Source: Octopus vulgaris
Lineage: Eukaryota
Assembly (NCBI GenBank): GCA_951406725.2
Contig: OX597819.1
Coordinates: forward strand, 132,680,001-132,744,000
Direction: 5' to 3'
DNA: 64,000 nt
Shown here: piece after piece, positions 54,395 through 64,000 of the stretch
Numbering within the stretch: position 1 is the stretch's first letter
How the letters are laid out: each line of letters begins with the position of its first letter
The notes under the pieces: model-generated
What the model was told of the DNA's origin: nothing
The model's database searches: none
Seen by the model: the letters and a program-made list of their open reading frames with translations, nothing else
Position numbers and translations under genes: made by a program

Positions 54395-55299
54395 GTCTCT
54401 GCCTGTCTGTCTGACTGTCTGTCTGACTATCTACCAAACCACCACCCTCAGTGGAGACATTTATCGAGCATGAAAGAATAACGAAGAAACGTTGATAATA
54501 GCAGTATTTGAACTCAGAATGCAGACAACTACAATTATTACCATGAAGTATTATACGAGTGTGTGTATGTGTGCGTGTGTATGTTTGTCTTTGTGTACAT
54601 GTGTGTCTGTGCGTGTGTATGTTTGTCTTTGTGTACATGTGTGTCTGTGCGTGTGTGTGTGTGTTCGTGCATACAGCAGTAGAAGAACTCGTAGAATGTA
54701 ATGTCTTTGACGTCAGACATTGGAAATAGTTCAAGAAATTTATAAAATTGAGGTGGGAGTTTTCAATGACACCAAGAATATCTAGCCCCCCCCCCCCCCC
54801 CCCATAGGAAATGATACGCACCCACGTCCCCTGCCCCCCTCACACACTGTCATGTACATACGTTTGAATCAAAGGGATTCCATTTTGCAGGGGAGGAAAA
54901 GAAACATAAGTTCATACCTTGTTGAAGAAAGGAGAACTCTTTTAAAATGGAGATCATTTAAAGGCTGATATTTCTTGCTCATTTATAGATTAATTTAAAC
55001 ATCAATAAACATGCATAATTTTAATATAAATAAATTTGAAAATACGAATTAATCTGCATAAAAGATTACAAGCTGTGTTAATTAGGTATAAACGAAATCG
55101 TTTGATCGCGAGCAGTTGATGCCACACTCGGAGATTCAAAGCTTGCCTCTCATAGATGTTATCTTTCAACGTGGTTTTTAGCCAGAACTGATGAGATTCC
55201 TTGTTAATTGAACATGCAAAATACGCGAGACGAAAAAGTGGGAAGTTATATAAGATTTTGGAATTTGAATTGAGTAATATTGTGTTGAGTGAAAAGATT

Positions 55300-55640
55300 T
55301 GCGATATCTTGTTCTTGAAGGAAAAGTATTGCTTCACTGAAGCTTCCACCTCCTCTGGCTTGGTGAAGTGTCACGAGCGCAAGGAGTGCACCATGGGTCA
55401 GAGCAAGTAATAATCCGAGGGAGAGAGGTCCGGAGTATATGCTGGGTGTGGCATCAGTTCTATTTCCTTAACTTGTTGGAGTTTATTACGGGTGGTTCGC
55501 GCAGATTGTGGTTTTGCATCGTCGTGCTGTTCGCTTTCTGTTAACCAATTTTTGCTCCACAATGGCATATATCGGCACCAGCTTTCTGGAGTAGAGGTTG
55601 GCGTTGATGGTTCCATCATCCGGAACGAACCTGTAGTGAA
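55300..55640 (-). pseudogene. Mariner transposase catalytic-domain fragment
   Basis: HDDAKPQSARTT...ELMPHPAYTPDLSPSDYYLL matches mariner HDNARPH and YSPDLAPSD motifs. Confidence 0.85.
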
Positions 55641-56111
55641 TTATCCCCTCATAATTCTACAAGAAGGTGACAGGTTCCGGAAAATGGCCTCTCGATTAAC
55701 CACTGCTTATAGACGTGAGGACAGCAGAAAGAAAAAATTCTCTCGTTCCGATTCATGGTGCACTTCCTGCGTTCGATGCTTCGTCAACCAAGCAGAGGTA
55801 GAAGAATCAGCAAAGGTGACCTTCGCCTCGAAAGACAAGAACTGATATCAATATGGGATCAAAGAAGTGGCAGAAAAAAAGGTAGCTTCAGAATAGATAC
55901 ACACAGGTATATAATATAGAGATATTTATATATATCGACAAATAAATTTACTCTTACATGGCGTATAGAAAATACAGAAAACCAACGGGAGGAGGATGCA
56001 TGTTTTTTTTTTTAAACTCGATAAAGACTTCGGAGCTGGAGTTGAAATCCTCTGAGCACTTCTACGTGATTTCTATGTTTTATGTATTGAGCATATCTAA
56101 ATCTAAACTAT

Positions 56112-56169
<58 letters not shown>

Positions 56170-56307
56170 GAGTATGAAAGATAACGGTGTCAAGAAGACC
56201 CAAAGGTAATGCTGAGTAAGTGTTATGGACAGACTATGGTTAAACTTCATGTTCGGTGATTATTCGAACGGGGAGTCCAACGCTGGTTATATATTAGCAT
56301 GCACACA

Positions 56308-56366
<59 letters not shown>

Positions 56367-56381
56367 GTATATATATATAAA

Positions 56382-56499
56382 TAAATTGACAGAATGAGAA
56401 TAAAAAATCCAAGACAGTGAAAGTTTTCAGAACGTTTATAAATGTTCTGAAAACTTTCACAGCCTTCGATTTTTTTTATTATCGCATTCTGTTAATTTA
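56382..56499. repeat. Foldback hairpin flanked by (TA)n
   Basis: GTGAAAGTTTTCAGAAC-GTTTATAAAT-GTTCTGAAAACTTTCAC core (56417-56460) with imperfect outer arms. Confidence 0.9.
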
Positions 56500-56767
56500 A
56501 ATATATATATATATGTAAAGAAAAAGTCTAAGATCCTGCTAAGGAGTAAAGCTAGGGTATTTTCAGAGAAGCACACGACCTGAATACTGAGCTATTAACT
56601 CTCGGGTTCTGGGCCAGAGCCGGAATTCGTCAAGTGTAGAAAATGCAAGTTTCATGACGATCACATCGTAAAGTTGGTTTGGCGGAGAGTAAATTATTTC
56701 AAAGGATAAAAAGAGGACAAAGAAAATTCCGTGTTAAAGAATTTTCTTTGTCTTCTTCTTAACATGT

Positions 56768-57158
56768 GTACACACACACACACACGCACCCACACACACA
56801 CACACGCACACACACACGCACCCACACACACACACACACAACATGTGTACACACACACACACACGCACCCACACACACACACACACACACACATGCACCC
56901 CCCCCACACACACACGCACCCACACGCACCCACACACACACGCACACACACACACCCACACACACACACACGCACACACACACGCACGCACACGCACACA
57001 CACACACACACGCACACACACACACACACTCACACACACACGCACATACACACACACACGCACACACACAAGCACACACACGCGTATATTGGCATTCAGC
57101 TCGAAACAGATATACATTTCCACGTACATATACATTGGTGTATGTGTGTGTGTGTGTG

Positions 57159-57193
<35 letters not shown>

Positions 57194-57220
57194 CTGTGTG
57201 TATGTGTGTGTGTGTGTATG
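56768..57220. repeat. (CA)n-rich tract followed by (TG)n tract
   Basis: Direct read; source of HT/CV ORFs. Confidence 0.95.
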
Positions 57221-58378
57221 TATGCGGTGAGGTACCTATGCAGGCGCATATGTTTCCAGGTGTCACCAACATGTAACCGTAACGAAATAGGTTTCCGTGT
57301 TGAAATGCATTGCAAGTCAATTCGATACTCGACCAACCTTCAATATTATACAATATCACATTTGTTCTGCTTATTCTGATTAAACAGAAACTAGAGTTAG
57401 GATCGAGTATCTCTTGTCAACATCAAAGGAATAAATTCAATCATCTTCTTTCTCTGTGTCACTGTTTTCCTACGCAGCCTCGCCCCTGCCTGCTTCCGTT
57501 CACAATACTACCGCACTATAAGGCTTCGTTCAGTATACATACCATGTATTGTAGCTTTGTTGATTCCACCGTAACCGAAGCCAAATAACTTAAAGTCTCT
57601 TAGAACATCCGCCTGCATTCTTGATTCTGTTCCTCTCCTATTTTAGTTCCTTCAATTAAAATCGTTCTTCGACGTTTACTCGGCATTCAATTACATTTAC
57701 ATTTTCGATGAGAACCGATCACAATTCCACTTTACTGAATATGGAAAGTAGTTCCTGGTAGACAATGCAAACAGTAATCACAGTTTAATTTGGTCATTTC
57801 AGTTGTCGTTTTTTTTAAAAGACTTTTTAACATGTTTTAATAATATTAACTAAATGTAACATATTCGGTTGCAGCAATGCAGACATTCATCTTACCGCAA
57901 TAACAAGAGACTTATCTTATTTGATGATGCAGCATAATATTGTAAGACACCTCAGCTTTTTAATCTCTTTGCAGTGAGTGCAAAGACTGGTTGCAGAATA
58001 GTGCTCCTTATATCGAACTTCGGTGTTCAACAACATTCTTACTGTCGGTCGTAGTAATACGAAAATTAGCGCTCGGAGGAATAGCTTTACATGAAATGTA
58101 GACTCATATAGTTAATAAGTATTGAGTGAACAGATGTATAATGAGATTACTTCTATACCAGCAGCACCACCAGCAGTAGCAGCAGCAGCCGTCCAAGAAT
58201 TTGGACCTGGAGATCTCCATTTCCAGCTACTTCGAGGGCCACCTCCCAGTGGTGTCGGGCGTCAACGAAGAGCCCTTGACTACAACAAGACGACCAAAGT
58301 TATTTTTTACAAGGTCTGGGATCTCCTGCCCCTAAGTCCTAGACCATCACCTAATCACCCTTACCCGTCTTGTTGCTC

Positions 58379-58430
<52 letters not shown>

Positions 58431-59501
58431 GCGGCAGCAACAGCAGCAGCAGCAACAACAGCACCCACCACCACCACCAAAAACTCTGCCATCAATACAA
58501 GCAACGACACAGTCTCTGTACCAGTAATTCTCAGACTTTCTTTAACTATCGATTCCGTTTCTCTTTGAATACTCCCTTGCTACGATACAATGCCTTCCCG
58601 TATTTTTTTCTTGTTCAAAGACATTATATAAAGTCGGAGTAATTGAAGTCTTGCTACCAGATTGAAGCAAGTGACGATTTACGCCAACACTGCTGTGTGT
58701 TAGAAGCAAATATTTGACCCATCATCGCTTGATCTTAGTTATTGGCCCCAACACTTTGCCGGTGGCTTCCGCCAATGTTAGGTACGTATTCCCTTTGCTC
58801 CCTATGTACTCCCTAAATCTGTATTTCCTGTGCTCAAACACCCACACAAATATCAATTTCTCTGCCCAGGCGCATATCGGATTATACACACGGGTAGATT
58901 ATGAGATTAACAGGTGGAGTGGCCGTCTCTATTGCATGCATGATTTCACAACGTCTTTTAAAATAGATTTAATTTTATTGTTCATAATTTCTAAAAGCAA
59001 AGCTGATCTATTTACTTATTGATGTTGTTGTTGTTGTGATCAAAAAGTTTATCAAAGAATTGAACTTTTTAAATTCGATATTTAAATGGAAGACAAAAAC
59101 TAAAAATAAAAAAAACTGATTAAACATTTATCCTTATCCTCATGCACCCTCTTCTCCACACTGGTTCCATTGTTCCCAGTCCACATACAAACTTTTTCCC
59201 CGTCCCCATCCTCAGGGTGGGGGCGGGGTTGTGCCCTCTTCTTTCAGAAGTGCTGCTCTATGCGATCGTTTGGTCTGCAAGATATGACAGCCTATAATAA
59301 ATCTCCTATAAATCTCGTCTCTATCTCTTGGAAGGAAAATATTTTGTAGCCCGTTTCACCCCTAAAGAAATGGGATTGTTACGCTGGGGCCTAATATCTC
59401 AGATGTCAATTTTAGGACGAAATATTCACATCACGAAAACAACTACTTCTCTCCCCACCACGACCACGACCACCACCACCACCAGGACGACGACGACGAC
59501 C

Positions 59502-59578
<77 letters not shown>

Positions 59579-60089
59579 AAACGCTATACATATATATTCG
59601 TTCATTTCAATATGTCTTCCCAATTAGAGTGTCGTCTAATATTTACAATATATTTTAATTTGCTTCTGATAAAACATAAAAGAAGAATGTCGATATTATA
59701 TGAATTCATTATTCCATTTATTTTGTCTCGTTTTCAATTTGTAAAACAGAAACTTCATAATGAAATATAATGCGATAAATACACAAAAGTGTAGAAAAGT
59801 GTATAAAAGTGTATTCTACAAAAATGATTGTCTCACCATAATATTAGATTTCATTGAAAGAACGGAATTAAGAATTCAATTTTCTGAAAATGCCGTTTCT
59901 TTTATAGTCTCATCGTAATTACGATCACCTTTCACGTCGACTACTTTGTCTTCTTCGTTTTCGCATCAGCGCAAGGAAAACAATTATGGCTCTTACCAGG
60001 AACACAACAAAGGCAGCCACTGGAAATGGTTAATGGAATAAAATTGCTGCACACTGCTCTATAAACAAAAGTAGATGTAGAATACCAAT

Positions 60090-60350
<261 letters not shown>

Positions 60351-60775
60351 ATGTCGCTATTCTGAAAGTTTTGGAGCAAGACATACTAATCAATATTTCT
60401 TGAAAATCTTTATACACTTTAGAAGTAGTTTATGAATCTCATTAAAGATGGGAGTTTCTTTTTTTTTCCTTGTTGTGTGTGTAAATATATTCGCATAATT
60501 ATTGGTTTTATTGTAAATACAATGTTTTTAATTCTTTCACAATATACATTTATTTCATACATTTGCATAGAGTTTTTGCATAATACAGCGTCACACCATA
60601 TTCTCATAATCAATTAATATAATCAAAAGTAATAAATATACTTCACAAATACATATATATACATACATATATATACATACACACACGTATATGCTTATAT
60701 ACATATATACCTTTTATACATACATAATATATACATACGTATACGTATACATATTTACATGCATACATACATATG

Positions 60776-60820
<45 letters not shown>

Positions 60821-60906
60821 TATATACACATACATACATATGTATATATATATAATTATATAAACACAGAAAAATACTTATATTCATAGATACATAGATA
60901 CATACT

Positions 60907-60942
<36 letters not shown>

Positions 60943-62570
60943 CATATATATATATCTGTGTGTGTGTGTATGTACTTGCGCACAATGAACAGACAAATAT
61001 TTATGAGTTTACAATATTAAAGAAGCATCATGATGCCGCAGAAATTCAATAGATTCGTTAAAAAGCTCGTAAAATATATGGAAATATGGCAAACATTATT
61101 CCTTGTGTTATAACGTTGAAATCAGTTACCATATATAAAGAATTGTGTCAACTAATTACCTGCTTTCTGTATAGAACCGCTGAGAATTGTTTAGATTCAA
61201 GATTCCCTTCTGTCTAGTCGGCTCAGTTGTAAACTACTTCCTTTATATTTTTATCTCAGGAAATTCAAAATCGCTGAAAATAGAAGTGAATAAAGTCATT
61301 ATGTGCTCAGACAAAATTTCGAATTAATTCTTGTTAACATTCTTTCCCTGAATATAACTGAGCACGTTAGATGAGGTTGGTCTTTAATGAATAGAATTGC
61401 TGGTCTGTTCTAATGGCGTAGATTCTTAAATGCCGACTCTGGGTTTAAGCAGTACTGCTCAACATCGACCTCTAAGTTATAAGTGCAGCCATGTATATGT
61501 ATGTAATTATGTATGTATGTATGTATGTATGTATGTATGTATGTATGTATGTATGTATGTATGTATGTATGTATGTATGGATGGATGGATGTATGCATGT
61601 ATGTATGTATGTATGTATTTATGCATGCATGTATGTATGTATGTATGTATGTATCTTGTGGTTTAACAAGGCAACCATTGGTTTTATGTGAAGAGATCTT
61701 CAAATTGTTCAAGCGTGCCACATGGAAGTGTTGGTGTTCGTCACCATTTTAAATGAGAATACACGAGAGGTTACACGAGACTCCATAGGATTTTAAAATA
61801 AACACACAGATCACAGGAGGTAGCTTGTAAGAATGTCTTAGTTGTTTGTGAAGATTTCTTCACACGAAACTATGGTTGCCTTGTTAACCCATAAATGTAG
61901 AATATTTAGTCACTGATGCGGTGTTCAGCATGCATTCTCTGCGTTCCACACACACACACACACACACACACACGAACACACAAAAGAGATGGGCTTGTTA
62001 CTCCGTTACTCCAACTGGTTCATATACTCCACTATTCAGCCACATATGATGTCACACAACAGATGAAATCCGTTCATGTACCGCAAAAGGGCCGCATGCA
62101 TAAGCTGATGTGAATATGTGTTTCCTTATGCACGCTGCCCTTACGAATTGCATCCACCAACTGCATCTCTAGCGTGACATCATCGGTTACCGAACACTGA
62201 AATATACGTAACAAATGAAATGAAAGAAAACCACGTTCAAGATCAGGATTTCTTTTATTTTGCTTCTCTCATTATTGATCTGCTCTTATATTAGGTTAGG
62301 GCCCATAACAAATTGCGTCGGACCCTTGCAAACATGCAGCGGTGGAAGCTTCACACGATTAACAGAAAGAGAGGAAACCTGAATGGAATAATTTTCCCAT
62401 GCTGAACACATTTTATCATATGTATATATGTTTATAGATTTTGAGAAAAAGGAGGCAGTCAAAAGTTTGGATAATTCTTTAGTAGCGTTTTCGTTCGTTA
62501 ATCGAACTCTTCAGGACAGAAAAGCCAAAATGATAAAAACAGAAGCCTTCCTTGTTCTTTTATGTGAATC

Positions 62571-62639
<69 letters not shown>

Positions 62640-62645
<6 letters not shown>

Positions 62646-64000
62646 TTAGAGACAAAACCACTATTTTGCAAAACAAACAAGGAAAGACTTAATCAATACA
62701 TAAAACTTTAATAAATAGTCAAAAAAACCGCCACTACAATTGTTTCTTGTCTTGATCGACAATCTTCAGGTGGACTTCCAATCTAAAATATCAATATTTT
62801 AAAATATAAAAATAATAATTTTAAAATAATTAAAGTATGAATGAAAAAATATAAATATATAATCCATATATAACCTATATATAATCCATATATAATACAC
62901 ACACGTAAACCACACACCCTCGACATATACAAATACCCACACCACTTACACATACCTATACATACATATAAACCTCAACATACACTCCAAAAACCCACTC
63001 AACCCCACACAGACAAATAAACACAAAAATTATGAATGGATTCTTTTATAAAACTACCATGATAAGCTAAAACTCACAAAACATAAATGATAAAACCTCC
63101 CTTTACTAAACACTATAACATACTTATATAGCAATCCCTTTAACCTATACATTCACACACAAATACACACACGTAAACCACACACCCATAACAAATACAA
63201 ACACCCACCCCACTCACACACACCCACAAGTACATATAAGCCTCAACATATACACCAAACAAAATTACTTTACCAAGGAACTTAACATATGTATAAAAAA
63301 TATATAACCGCTCTGGAAACGAACATCTTTAAAATAATGAATGGAGAAATGGGATAAATGGAATTAAAAATAATATTCACGTGGCAAAACGAACACCACT
63401 CAAAAATTATGAATGAAACAATGTAATAAAACAACCAACATCGAAAATAGACAAATTACCACGAATTCCCTAAAAAAACCCATGATAAACCAAAACTCTT
63501 AAAAACATATAACGATAAAATCTCCCTTTACTAAACTCTATAACAAACCTATATAGCAATCCCCTAACCTAAACATTCACACACAAAAACACACACGTAA
63601 ACCACAGACCCACAACTTATACACATACCTATACTAACTTATAAACCTCAATATACACCAAAAACCCACTCCCTCCCCACACAGACAAATTAACACATAC
63701 ATCCCAAAACCTAAATAACAAACCCATATACACATTCACACACAAACACACACACACGCAAAACACACACACACAACAGATACATATACTCCCTCAATAT
63801 ACGCATATACATACTCACTAAACTCGATATATACAACAATATTTACACACCCACACTCATACAGATAAATAAATTATACAACTAAAAAGTCACACACAAT
63901 CTCATATACATAAACACTCCAATAAAAAACAACATTAAATACATCGTAATTAACCAGAATATCAAAAATAACAATATGACATAAGGAGAAATAAAATACA
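62640..64000 (-). mobile_element. Probable Penelope-like element 3' region with HHR and long, internally repeated GT-rich (minus strand) tract; continues beyond the window
   Basis: Ends in (TA)n at 62640; CACACACGTAAACCACA at ~62899, 63167, 63590; ~130-bp block repeated at 63057 and 63480. Confidence 0.55.
62731..62773 (-). ncRNA. Minimal type I hammerhead ribozyme (family H8)
   Basis: Minus: CCAC-CUGAAGA-UUGUC-GAUCAA-GACAA-GAAAC-AAUU-GUA-GUGG; stems I and II perfect, palindromic stem III, triplet GUA. Confidence 0.8.

Noticed and set aside
55188-55220. CTGATGA-GATT...AATT-GAAC
   Set aside because: GAAA box and stems I/III missing; could be chance
58261-58290. RQRRALDYN resembling the TGF-beta cleavage site RHRRALDTN
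   Set aside because: No cystine-knot cysteine pattern follows; no gene symbol justified

Overview
AT-rich, extremely microsatellite-dense eukaryotic (animal) non-coding DNA. The SINE families and repeat landscape look like a coleoid cephalopod (Octopus-like), which is an inference. No host protein-coding gene can be supported; almost all ORF-track entries are microsatellite read-throughs or transposon debris. The window contains: (i) three tRNA-headed SINE families in many copies; (ii) degenerate R4/Dong-type (restriction-like endonuclease) LINE pieces sitting in (TAA)n tracts, an RTE-type RT fragment and mariner remnants; (iii) Penelope-like (GIY-YIG) remnants and about 12 type I hammerhead-ribozyme (HHR) motifs from roughly 8 sequence families, several in ~350-nt retrozyme-like units with a partial tandem repeat and an inverted 5' end, and one fused to a tRNA-derived Pol III head; (iv) two diverged copies of an ORF1-only, zinc-knuckle (Tx1/L1-like) retroelement that both end at the same nucleotide of the tRNA head of one SINE family, one with a target-site duplication. 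The best candidates for new biology are the SINE-targeting ORF1-only element and the tRNA-head plus hammerhead SINE/retrozyme families. All folds and family assignments were made by eye and need computational and biochemical confirmation.
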